From positions 77,138-141,137 of the forward strand of contig CAYGRO010000002.1 in assembly GCA_964352335.1 (NCBI GenBank): a DNA stretch of 64,000 nucleotides, in the 5' to 3' direction. Below are positions 8,074-16,547 of this stretch, in pieces. The stretch is from an uncultured Gammaproteobacteria bacterium. GTDB taxonomy: Bacteria > Patescibacteriota > Patescibacteriia > VMEV01 > CAYQCH01. The notes beneath the pieces are model-generated. The model made no database searches and was not told the origin of the DNA. It saw only the letters and a program-made list of their open reading frames with translations. The stretch's first letter is position 1. Each line of letters opens with the position of its first letter. The position numbers and the translations under genes were made by a program.

Positions 8074-9399
8074 CTAGGCCTTGGTAGGCAATGCGATGCG
8101 CCCTCTATAGGCAGTGGGAACCACTCCCTTTTCACAGGACATTCGCTCCCACACGGATTGCATGAGAGCTTGGTATTGCTGAACCGTTGGCGCCACCAGT
8201 TGAAAGTGGCACTGCTTCGGAAGCAGGGTCGTCACGAGAGGAATGACACCGTAAGGAGCATCCCCTCTGTAGATGAGGTCACCCAGAACGTTGATAACGC
8301 GCTCAAATGAGTGTACCACATCGGTCGTCGGCTTAAAGATGTTCAGCCCAGTACAGACTTCAGCGCCGAAGATGTTCTCGATCTGAGTCTTCACATGGTA
8401 GGCGTACCAACCATTAGTCAACCGGATATTCGCCTCCGTGATATGGACACATCCATCCGGCAGAATGAGCATGTCAACAGAAAGGCAGCCTTGAACCCCC
8501 TTGAGCATCAGAAGGTCCCCCAACCGAAGCGCCTTATCCCGAATACACGAGAAGACCTTTTCAGTCATGCACGAGCCCTCAGTTGGCCTGCTAAAGACCA
8601 GGTTGCCATAGGAGAGCGGCTTGCCATCCGCACCAGACCTGACCAGAAGCTGGTCAGAAGCACCGAGGAAGTGAACGTGTTGTCCCTCGATTTTTAGAAG
8701 AGCACCTACGGCGACATGGTCACCGAAGAAAGGCTCGACGAGAAGAGAGTTCTTTTCTCCATTCAGCTCGAGCCAGATCTCCTCTAGCCCTTGCTTGGGG
8801 TGAATGCACTGGCCGTCTGACGAAGCCTCGCCATCGATTCGGACCATGCACTCTTCGTGATCTTGGAGGATCACTTCGGCCTGGGACGCGAGCTCCGTGA
8901 ACGATCTAACGATGCAGTGAGGAGTGAAAAGATCATACTCCCCAGCTTCCTTAGCAAGCGCACGTTGGGTGATCTTGGAACCCAGCCCCCAAAGTGAGGG
9001 ATGGTTACTGACCACGTATTGAGCCCAAAACTCATCTTCAGTTGTCAGGCCGAGAAGCTCCGAGAGCAGATGAGCGATGCGAATTTCCCCATCGTTCTTA
9101 CCCGCCTCGAAGAATTCGACCTTGTAGCCGCGCTTGATGTACTCAGCGATCCTTCTCAAGGTCTTTTGACCTGGTTCACTGATCAAGGATTCCACAGGAT
9201 GATCACCACCGACCACCCAAATGTCTGTAGCACCAAGGTTCACAGACTTGAGCCAAGCAACTTGTGCTGCTGAACCACATTCTCCAGTCGATGTGACGAG
9301 AATTCCCGGAACAGCAATTGCCCGAAAGCTCAAACCACGAACCTTGGTTGACTCCAACCCAAGCCAAGAGCTCAGATCTGCAATTGTAATAACTTTCAC
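8074..9399 (-). CDS. ATP-grasp ligase (preATP-grasp/PGM1-like, divergent), GC-rich gene
   Basis: LLVEPF, LSVDMLI and HITEANIRLT (ExNxR) ATP-grasp C-terminal motifs. Confidence 0.6.
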   Translation of the reverse strand: MKVITIADLSSWLGLESTKVRGLSFRAIAVPGILVTSTGECGSAAQVAWLKSVNLGATDIWVVGGDHPVESLISEPGQKTLRRIAEYIKRGYKVEFFEAGKNDGEIRIAHLLSELLGLTTEDEFWAQYVVSNHPSLWGLGSKITQRALAKEAGEYDLFTPHCIVRSFTELASQAEVILQDHEECMVRIDGEASSDGQCIHPKQGLEEIWLELNGEKNSLLVEPFFGDHVAVGALLKIEGQHVHFLGASDQLLVRSGADGKPLSYGNLVFSRPTEGSCMTEKVFSCIRDKALRLGDLLMLKGVQGCLSVDMLILPDGCVHITEANIRLTNGWYAYHVKTQIENIFGAEVCTGLNIFKPTTDVVHSFERVINVLGDLIYRGDAPYGVIPLVTTLLPKQCHFQLVAPTVQQYQALMQSVWERMSCEKGVVPTAYRGRIALPTKA

Positions 9400-9446
9400 C
9401 GTTACCTCTTTGTTTGTTACTATTTGTTTTAACTGTCACGAAGGAC

Positions 9447-9473
9447 AAAAAAAACCCGCTTTTTTAAGCGGGC
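9447..9473 (-). terminator. Attenuator terminator upstream of the ATP-grasp gene
   Basis: On minus: GCCCGCTT-AAAA-AAGCGGGT followed by a T-run. Confidence 0.75.
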
Positions 9474-9497
9474 AAAATATGTAGATGTTTATGGAAT

Positions 9498-9605
9498 TTA
9501 CATACTTAGCCCGTTTGAAAAACAAGCAATAATAAGGAAAGACATACTAATATGTCGTTGTTCAATAGCAATAGTATTCAATTGTTGTCGTTGCTCCTTT
9601 TTCAT
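9498..9605 (-). CDS. 35-aa leader peptide MKKEQRQQLNTIAIEQRHISMSFLIIACFSNGLSM (probably leaderless)
   Basis: ATG lies ~7 nt after the -10 of a TTGACA-18-TATACT promoter; the stop codon overlaps the 5' arm of an antiterminator. Confidence 0.55.
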   Translation of the reverse strand: MKKEQRQQLNTIAIEQRHISMSFLIIACFSNGLSM

Positions 9606-9612
9606 AAAAATC

Positions 9613-9642
9613 AGTATAAATCAATCAATTATGTTTTGTCAA
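9613..9642 (-). promoter_or_regulatory. sigma70 promoter for the leader/ATP-grasp unit
   Basis: TTGACA (9642-9637), 18-nt spacer, TATACT (9618-9613). Confidence 0.65.
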
Positions 9643-9686
9643 AAAAAATTAACAAAGAAAAAACACCTCAAATGAGATGCTTTTTC

Positions 9687-9727
9687 TGGTTCCCAGACAG
9701 GCCTGCCTATCGGCAGGTAAAGATTCG
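9687..9727 (-). pseudogene. 3' fragment of tRNA-Gln interrupted by a CCTGCC..GGCAGG palindrome
   Basis: TGGTTCCCAGACAGG is identical to the tRNA 3' end, followed by CCTGCCTATCGGCAGGTAAA, then GATTCG resumes the tRNA sequence. Confidence 0.75.
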
Positions 9728-9831
9728 CCGTCACCACAAAAAGGGTTAGGATCGATGAGCTTCTCATCCCTTATCGACAGATCTATTTTTAGACAAAGTA
9801 AAACGCTCATCAGATTGATGAACGCTTTACT

Positions 9832-9905
9832 TGGTTCCCAGACAGGGATTCGAACCCCGATTCCATGGACCAAAACCATGTGTCCTACCTTTAGACGATC
9901 TGGGA
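9832..9905 (-). tRNA. tRNA-Gln(TTG), CCA encoded
   Basis: Cloverleaf TCCCAGA...GGT...CATGG-TT TTG GT-CCATG...GGTTCGAATCC...TCTGGGA-A-CCA. Confidence 0.95.
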
Positions 9906-10190
9906 ATAGATAATCTTCTTTTTTTCTTCGCGTCCGATACCGGACTTTAAATATAGTTCACGAGCACGCGCTTCATCTACAGTAGCAAACTCTTCTGTAT
10001 GAACTAGTTTTAAAGGACGGCATCCTTTTGTTGACCTCACTTTGCCATATGTATGATTTTTAAATCGTTTTTCTATATCGGATGTGCTACCAACATATGA
10101 CCAATTAGCTCTATTTTGTGATACTAAATATAGATAAAAGCCATAACAATTGTTAATGGACCCCTGCCTGCCGGCAGGCAGGAAAACCAT
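9891..10190 (-). CDS. Small GIY-YIG nuclease, possibly frameshifted at its native start (10144)
   Basis: SYVGSTSDIEKRFKNH..GKVRSTK..RPLKLVHTEEF...EARARELYLKSGIGRE; the stop codon lies inside the tRNA 5' end. Confidence 0.8.
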   Translation of the reverse strand: MVFLPAGRQGSINNCYGFYLYLVSQNRANWSYVGSTSDIEKRFKNHTYGKVRSTKGCRPLKLVHTEEFATVDEARARELYLKSGIGREEKKKIIYSQIV

Positions 10191-10240
10191 GTGTCCTACC
10201 CTTAGGGCTCACCTTACTCTGGGGAGACGATCTGGGAATA
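10156..10240 (-). pseudogene. 5' half of tRNA-Gln with two insertions (anticodon and D-loop)
   Basis: ATGGACC|CCTGCCTGCCGGCAGGCAGG|AAAACCATGTGTCCTACCCTT|21 nt|AGACGATCTGGGAATA aligns to the intact tRNA at 9865-9908. Confidence 0.85.
10163..10182. repeat. Perfect 20-bp palindrome CCTGCCTGCCGGCAGGCAGG (REP-like)
   Basis: Self-complementary; a degenerate second copy lies at 9702-9717. Confidence 0.85.
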
Positions 10241-10385
10241 TCTTCAGTGTCTCAGTGATAGATTATTTCAGTGATACTGAAATAGTGTAGCATTGAATCA
10301 ATGAACCTGAGACTAAACAAAAGCTGGCAAAGAATGCCGAGCTTTTGTGTAGTAATACTAGCGTATTTTCAGGTTTTTCGTCAAG

Positions 10386-11267
10386 CTAGTTTCGTACTGG
10401 AATAACTGAATTATCCCCATCATTTAGAACGATTGTAGGAGTAATTCCTTTTTCTGTTAAGACGATTTTAGCATTTCTGCTTAAACTTTCTTGAGTTACT
10501 TCTAATGCTTTGAATTTTTGTGAATTAGCTTTAAATGTTTCTTCTACAGCTTTATTCACCTCACGTACAGCTTGCGCTTTGGCAATAGCTTCTAATCGAA
10601 TAGATTCTGCTCTACCAGTCGCTCGTTCAATTTGAGATGTTTTATCTGCTTCAGCTTCAATAATACGTGATTCAGAAATTTGTCTTACAGATTCTTTTTC
10701 AGCTTGTGCTGCTGTAATTTTTGCTTCCTTTTCACGCTCAGCAGTTACAACTTGATCCATAGCATGTTGCACAGATTGAGATGGGTGAACATCTTGTAAT
10801 TCAACACGTAAAATATCAATTCCCCATTCTTCTGTTTGTGAGTCTAATTCCGCTTCAATTCTTTGGTTAATTGTATGACGTTGAGCATTTACTTCAACGA
10901 ATTGTAATTCACCAATAATAGATCGAAGTGTTGTTTGTGCTAATGAAGGAATAGCTGAGAAAAAGCTATCAATATTATAAACAGCTTTCATTGCATCTTT
11001 AATTCTATAGTAAACAACGGCATCAATTTGCAAATTTAAGTTATCTTTTGTGATAACAGATTGTTTTGGTACATCTTGCCGAATTTCAGTCATTGGCACA
11101 CTTCGAGCCTTGTCGATAAATGGAATAATCCATTTTAAACCTTGGTCAATTGTTCGATGGTACTTCCCTAATCGTTCAACCAATCGAACTTCGATCGGAC
11201 GAACAACACGAAAACCGAGAACTGTAATAAAAAGAACCACGAGTAATAAGAAAACTAAACCACCCAT
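10386..11267 (-). CDS. SPFH/Band 7/stomatin-like protein
   Basis: VERLGKY, QSVITKDN, AQTTLRSIIG and WGIDILRVEL motifs. Confidence 0.9.
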   Translation of the reverse strand: MGGLVFLLLVVLFITVLGFRVVRPIEVRLVERLGKYHRTIDQGLKWIIPFIDKARSVPMTEIRQDVPKQSVITKDNLNLQIDAVVYYRIKDAMKAVYNIDSFFSAIPSLAQTTLRSIIGELQFVEVNAQRHTINQRIEAELDSQTEEWGIDILRVELQDVHPSQSVQHAMDQVVTAEREKEAKITAAQAEKESVRQISESRIIEAEADKTSQIERATGRAESIRLEAIAKAQAVREVNKAVEETFKANSQKFKALEVTQESLSRNAKIVLTEKGITPTIVLNDGDNSVIPVRN

Positions 11268-11333
11268 ATTGTTTTGGTAAACATTAAAGAAAGCTAAAAT
11301 TAGCAGAAAAAACTAGTTTTGTCAAGCAAAAGA

Positions 11334-12251
11334 TTATACCTTTGAATATTTACTTGTAGCCAAAATACTAGCAATACTTAAAAGTAAGACGAGACCAAGA
11401 AACTGTAAGCCAAAAAGGAATAAAAAGTTTACATTAAAGAATGTAATCAAATTTATCGCAGATCCATCAATAAATAATTCATTCACAAATGGCTGAACAA
11501 AGCTTAGTAAAGGATACCAGATCAAAAGAAAAATCATCATAGATAAAACGGCATACAGTATACTTTCCCAAATGTACGGCATTCGAATAAACCAATTAGT
11601 TGCTCCGACCAATCTCATTATGGCGATTTCTTCACGATGTGTATAAATGATAATCCGTAAAGTATTATAGACGACAATCAGCGCCATCAAACTAAACAGA
11701 ATACTTACGATCGACGCAATGCTTCTAATCCGTTTACTCACCCCAGAGACTCGCTCGATAATAAGCGTATGTTCATCAAAATTCTTATCGGCTATCACGG
11801 CATCATATCGTGGCTCATTTAGTAGGGCAACAATTGGTTGATAATCCTCAGTACTTTGTGCTTGGACAATCAATTGTGAACCAAGCGGGTTTCCACCGAG
11901 CTCTTGAAGTGAATCAATGATAGCTTGATCACCTTCATGTCGATTTAACATCGCAGATAATGCTTCATCTGCAGAAATATAAATAACTTCTTTTACTTGA
12001 TTAAGACCCAGTAAATGAGCTCGTAAATCTAATACAGTCGTTTCGTCGACTCCTGAATTGATAAAAACACTGACATCAATTTTCTTTTCAATCGTCTGAA
12101 GCGTATAGTCACTCACTGTTTTCACTAAAACAAGCGAATTGAAGCTGAATAATGCAAGTAAAATAACCGTAATGGTAATAAGTGACAACCAAATATTTCT
12201 CCAAAAATCTTTAATGGCGTATTTAGCTGTTCTAGATAAAAATGTAAACAT
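11334..12251 (-). CDS. ftsX: Cell division permease FtsX
   Basis: 4-TM architecture, REEIAIMRLVGATNWFIRMPY; downstream of ftsE; start set at MFTFLSR. Confidence 0.9.
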   Translation of the reverse strand: MFTFLSRTAKYAIKDFWRNIWLSLITITVILLALFSFNSLVLVKTVSDYTLQTIEKKIDVSVFINSGVDETTVLDLRAHLLGLNQVKEVIYISADEALSAMLNRHEGDQAIIDSLQELGGNPLGSQLIVQAQSTEDYQPIVALLNEPRYDAVIADKNFDEHTLIIERVSGVSKRIRSIASIVSILFSLMALIVVYNTLRIIIYTHREEIAIMRLVGATNWFIRMPYIWESILYAVLSMMIFLLIWYPLLSFVQPFVNELFIDGSAINLITFFNVNFLFLFGLQFLGLVLLLSIASILATSKYSKV

Positions 12252-12255
12252 AATT

Positions 12256-12933
12256 TTAGAGTGAATATTTACCACCTTCTTGATCACGAACAATTTGGCC
12301 ATTCTCCATAACAACAACTCTTCGTCTTAATGAATTTACAATATCCTTGTCATGAGTCATTAAAATAACAGTTGTACCAAATTCGTTAATCTTTTTAAGT
12401 AAATCTAAAATTTCTTGAGCATTAATCGTATCTAAGTTACCGGTGGGCTCATCCGCGATAAGAATTTTAGGTCGATGCGCCAAAGCACGAGCAATTGCTA
12501 CACGCTGAGACTCTCCTCCAGAAATTTGCTTTGGGTATCTTTCTCCTTTACCTTCTAGTCCAACAATACTTAATAATGGCTCAGTTACTTTTTGAATTTT
12601 CTTTTTTGGCACCCCAGCTACTTCAAGTGAATAAGCAATATTTTCATTGACAGTTTTTCCTTCTAGTAGACTGAAATCTTGGTAGACAACTCCAATTTGC
12701 CTTCTTAAATACGGAATTTCATAATTTTTAATACCCGTAATATCCCAACCACCAACAATAATAGAACCTCGTGTTGGATATTCTTGTGCAATGAGTAATT
12801 TTGAAAAAGTTGTTTTCCCTGCACCACTTTGCCCAATAACGGAAATGAATTCTTTCGGCTTAATATGTAGATTGATGTCATGCAAAGCAGATACCCCTTT
12901 GTATTCTTTACTAACATTTTTAAAGTGAATCAT
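12256..12933 (-). CDS. ftsE: Cell division ATP-binding protein FtsE
   Basis: GQSGAGKT, IPYLRRQIGVVYQDF, ISGGE and ADEPTGNLD motifs. Confidence 0.93.
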   Translation of the reverse strand: MIHFKNVSKEYKGVSALHDINLHIKPKEFISVIGQSGAGKTTFSKLLIAQEYPTRGSIIVGGWDITGIKNYEIPYLRRQIGVVYQDFSLLEGKTVNENIAYSLEVAGVPKKKIQKVTEPLLSIVGLEGKGERYPKQISGGESQRVAIARALAHRPKILIADEPTGNLDTINAQEILDLLKKINEFGTTVILMTHDKDIVNSLRRRVVVMENGQIVRDQEGGKYSL

Positions 12934-12941
12934 AGGTTTTA

Positions 12942-13856
12942 TTAAAACAATTCAGGAAGACCATCATTTAGAAAATCTTCTTCCGAGATTAGATATGGCT
13001 CTACTTTTACATGAGTTAGTCCTCTCCATTTCTCTGTTAATTGCTCAAAAGCAGTAACATCTAAGTCAATAATTCTCCCTGTCCATAACTCTGGCCCATA
13101 ATCATTCACTTCTACAATAACTGACTTTTGAGTCGTGAGATCTGTTACTTTCAATAAAGTACCGGATGGATAGTCTCGAGAAGCAGCACAATTACAATCT
13201 CTATAGGCATACCAACTAGCTTCTCCTTCTTGAGCGATAACATCTGAAAAAATCGCCATCGGAGCATAGGTTAAATGAATAGCAGCTCGTAGAGACTTTG
13301 ATTTCAAATCATTTTGTGTAGGGATAGGAATCCATGCTTTATGTCCTTTATCATAGAAGTATACACCTAGATTTGATTGTGTTTCCGCTAAATAATGAAA
13401 ACGCAACCATAAAGGTTTTTCAGGATCATACAGATCTGCAGCTCCTTTGATATCAAATTCATAAACAGGGCTTACTATTTCTTTCCCTTCTGGTAAGGCC
13501 CAATCAACAACTAATCTTGTTTCTGTTTGTATTTCTTTTGACCCTGTTGTTTCTTGTTCATCAACAACTGAAGTGCTTTCGATTTCTAATGCAGATGGAC
13601 CTACTCTATACAATTCTCGGTGCACATATTCAGAATGATCAAAAACTTTTATTGTCACATCAGTCTCCCCTCTTAAAACATTAGGAAGAACACCAACATG
13701 AAATTGATCATCTGGTGTAGAAACGGTATATCCCTTTTCAATTGTAATGGCATCGAAAGCCCACTTGTATAACTCTTCTGTCGTTTCCGCATGTGCGATT
13801 AAACCAGATGCAGAAAAAAGTAATATAAGAGATACAATAAGATTTTGTTTCTTCAT
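12942..13856 (-). CDS. Secreted protein with C-terminal RlpA-like double-psi beta-barrel
   Basis: Signal peptide; GEASWY, AASRDYPSGT, VEVNDYGP and RIIDLD motifs. Confidence 0.8.
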   Translation of the reverse strand: MKKQNLIVSLILLFSASGLIAHAETTEELYKWAFDAITIEKGYTVSTPDDQFHVGVLPNVLRGETDVTIKVFDHSEYVHRELYRVGPSALEIESTSVVDEQETTGSKEIQTETRLVVDWALPEGKEIVSPVYEFDIKGAADLYDPEKPLWLRFHYLAETQSNLGVYFYDKGHKAWIPIPTQNDLKSKSLRAAIHLTYAPMAIFSDVIAQEGEASWYAYRDCNCAASRDYPSGTLLKVTDLTTQKSVIVEVNDYGPELWTGRIIDLDVTAFEQLTEKWRGLTHVKVEPYLISEEDFLNDGLPELF

Positions 13857-13889
13857 AGAATGTTGTATAATTATAGCATACTCTGATCT

Positions 13890-14426
13890 GTGGATAAGAT
13901 ATTCAAAATGGCGCTAGCAAAAACGAAAACAAAAACAATTCGTTCAAAAAGAAAAGTAAAATGGACAGAAGAGCATTTTGCTATTCGCAAACTTTTAGAA
14001 GAAGAATTGCATGGACTTTTAGCTTATATACGGTCTATCCATAATATAGCTATTTTATTAATCCTAACTTCTGTTATCGCCTTACTTTATTCGTTAAATT
14101 CCCTATTTCAAAATGATCATAAAGCAGTTATTGGTTTTTTAATCATTATCCTTACATCATTAGCTGTTGCATCTACCTCTACTTGGGTATTAAGACCTTG
14201 GATTATGCCAAGATTCTTACTTCCAATGGATATGAATAAGTTGAATTTACCTGAATTAAAACTGCTCTTTAAAGACCCAGATGAATACTTGATGCTATTA
14301 AAAACTCATACACAAATCCTAACAGATCAATTTTTGCTCCCAAAACTTTCTCGACTACGAAATGCCATTGCCCTATTCGTTTTTGGAGTCTCCATTGCAA
14401 TTTTATTATCTATTGCTTTACCCTAA
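13890..14426 (+). CDS. 3-TM membrane protein resembling the Pycsar TM effector (DUF5706) family
   Basis: Two TMs ending VLRP, a soluble loop, then K..RLRNAIALFVFG C-terminal TM. Confidence 0.45.
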   Translation: MDKIFKMALAKTKTKTIRSKRKVKWTEEHFAIRKLLEEELHGLLAYIRSIHNIAILLILTSVIALLYSLNSLFQNDHKAVIGFLIIILTSLAVASTSTWVLRPWIMPRFLLPMDMNKLNLPELKLLFKDPDEYLMLLKTHTQILTDQFLLPKLSRLRNAIALFVFGVSIAILLSIALP

Positions 14427-14427
14427 A

Positions 14428-14862
14428 TTACTGTTCAATTCGCCAAAAATAGCTCAACCATTTTGAGCTATTTTTTTGTTTTCTTAATTCAACTTGTACT
14501 CCATCACTTGTAAACTTCTTTTCTCCACCTAATTCTTGTGCTGAATCTGAATTAGATTCTTTTAATACAACCACTTTTTCACCAGGAGCTTTCATTCCAA
14601 GTTTAATCCTTGCTTGCTCTTCTAAGTAGACATCCGTTTTTAAGAACTCAACAAATTCAGAGAAATCACTATTCTTTCCTTCTAATTCTTTTATTTCGTC
14701 TTGCAATTGCGCTATCTCTTTATTGATTTGATGACTCCTAAAAAATTCTTTTCCAAGAGCAATACCTATAAGAACAAAAACAATCAATACCAATACCAAA
14801 AACCACTTTGAAGTAAACCAAGATCTATTACGTACAGGATTACGTTTAAGGTTCATAGGCAA
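14428..14862 (-). CDS. Septum formation initiator FtsB/DivIC family
   Basis: TM, coiled coil, and EEQARIKLGMKAPGEKVVV motif. Confidence 0.85.
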   Translation of the reverse strand: MPMNLKRNPVRNRSWFTSKWFLVLVLIVFVLIGIALGKEFFRSHQINKEIAQLQDEIKELEGKNSDFSEFVEFLKTDVYLEEQARIKLGMKAPGEKVVVLKESNSDSAQELGGEKKFTSDGVQVELRKQKNSSKWLSYFWRIEQ

Positions 14863-14865
14863 AAA

Positions 14866-16518
14866 CTAACTCAAAGCTAATTCATCATCAATAGTGATCT
14901 GAGTTGATTGAATATTAGATAAATCTACATTTGAAGCAAAATTAATCTTTGGGCCAAATGTATAATTAAACAATAATGATTCTTGTAAATCATGGATTTG
15001 TTTATTCCATGTTGAGCCAAATAAATCTTTGGCAACTTGTTCCGTACCAATATGTTTTAATATTTGCCCTCTATCTACAAAATACACTTCATTAATACTA
15101 GGAGCTGTTAGCATACTTCCGGGTCTAAACCCAACATTTTTCCCCAAAGGAATACTTGCAAGCTCTGCATCTGTAATTGTTTTAACGGTAGAAAAGTCTC
15201 CTTTGTACCAAGTATCATAGACAGCCTGAGTAACAAATACATGTCTTGTGCCAGCTGAACTATAGTAATAAACAGCATCTAAGCTTCCTTTAATTAAGTC
15301 TCCAGCTTTAAATGAAGTTGTTGGTGACACTGGTGTTGGGTTTGGATTAGGTACTGGTTGAGAAGATCCAATTTCAACGGAAAATGTTGAAAATACATCT
15401 CCATCATACATAATTTCTAAGGTATATTTTGTATTTGAGTTCAGTGTTGTGAGTAGGTCTAATTTACCAAAATCATCTGTAAGCCCAGAAAGTGTAGAAA
15501 CAATTTGCCCCCCAGTTTTGATTGTTACTAGTAATTCTCTTAATGGCAATAATTCTCCTTCTTCACTACGCAATGTAATAACAGCCATTAATTCATTTCC
15601 ATCAACAGAAGATTCAACGAATGATTTATCTAAAGATGGCTGACGCAAATCAACATAGACATCATAATTTGGGCTAATCCATGTATTATTATCTCCATCC
15701 ATTGTTGTTAAAAACAATTCTCCGTTAATGAACTTGACTTCTGGATCAATTGATGCAGACCAAGTAGAAAAATTTGTTCCTGTATTTGTTGCAATATACT
15801 GCTTGCCATTTAAATTAACGATGACATTTTTTGTAATACCAAGCCCTCTATCTCTTGCTTGCCCTGTAAGAATAATAGGCTGATCCGGATTAATGAGGGT
15901 ATTATTTTCTCCATAAACAAAACCGTTTACAAAAGCGAGTGGACCTTGCTGATCAATTTTACTTTCTTTGAAAAAGATCGTTGTAGAAGTTTCTAATGGA
16001 ACTGTGGTTGCAATTCCAGAAGAAAAAAAGACACCTTTGTCATTTGTTTGGAAAACACCATCATTACCAGCGTCTTGTGGCTGACTTAATGCAACTTGAA
16101 AAATTTTATCACTAATAAAGGCATTTGATTCTAAACTGACAAAAAATCTTTGTGTAGAAGCCGTAAATATATGACTAATATTTTTAAATTCCCATACATT
16201 TGTAAATTGTCCTTCTGCTAATAGTTTATCATACCCCCACCCTTGAAAACCAGCATCACCAGTATCTAACCATAAGCGCATTTTGGCTACTTCAATACCA
16301 TTTCTTGCAGTTCCAGAAGATGTCAAAGTAAGCGTATTTAAGACTTCTCCTATATTTGTTGATATATCAAAATCAAGAGCCAAAACATTAAAATCACCAC
16401 CATAAACTCGTGGTTCAGTTATATGACGAATAGTAAAAGTTGCATCAGAAGCAGCCTGTGCAGGAAGAACCGGTAATAATGATAGTAATAACGCACCAAG
16501 TAAAAATAGATATCTCAT
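14866..16518 (-). CDS. Secreted Ig-like surface protein with C-terminal CPR surface-repeat domain
   Basis: Signal peptide; C-terminal GDLIKG...AVYYY...RHVF...TWY...LGKNV.FRPG. Confidence 0.7.
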   Translation of the reverse strand: MRYLFLLGALLLSLLPVLPAQAASDATFTIRHITEPRVYGGDFNVLALDFDISTNIGEVLNTLTLTSSGTARNGIEVAKMRLWLDTGDAGFQGWGYDKLLAEGQFTNVWEFKNISHIFTASTQRFFVSLESNAFISDKIFQVALSQPQDAGNDGVFQTNDKGVFFSSGIATTVPLETSTTIFFKESKIDQQGPLAFVNGFVYGENNTLINPDQPIILTGQARDRGLGITKNVIVNLNGKQYIATNTGTNFSTWSASIDPEVKFINGELFLTTMDGDNNTWISPNYDVYVDLRQPSLDKSFVESSVDGNELMAVITLRSEEGELLPLRELLVTIKTGGQIVSTLSGLTDDFGKLDLLTTLNSNTKYTLEIMYDGDVFSTFSVEIGSSQPVPNPNPTPVSPTTSFKAGDLIKGSLDAVYYYSSAGTRHVFVTQAVYDTWYKGDFSTVKTITDAELASIPLGKNVGFRPGSMLTAPSINEVYFVDRGQILKHIGTEQVAKDLFGSTWNKQIHDLQESLLFNYTFGPKINFASNVDLSNIQSTQITIDDELALS

Positions 16519-16547
16519 AAAATTATTGTTAACTTACCAAATGTAAA

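Noticed and set aside
5222-9484. Antisense and overlapping ORFs within the GC-rich HAD and ATP-grasp genes, and similar shadows over the S-layer and other genes
   Set aside because: They are shadow frames of motif-bearing genes, expected from codon bias.
9687-9905. Prophage or integrative element att site at the tRNA 3' duplication
   Set aside because: Only about 105 bp separate the copies, and there are no integrase or phage genes.
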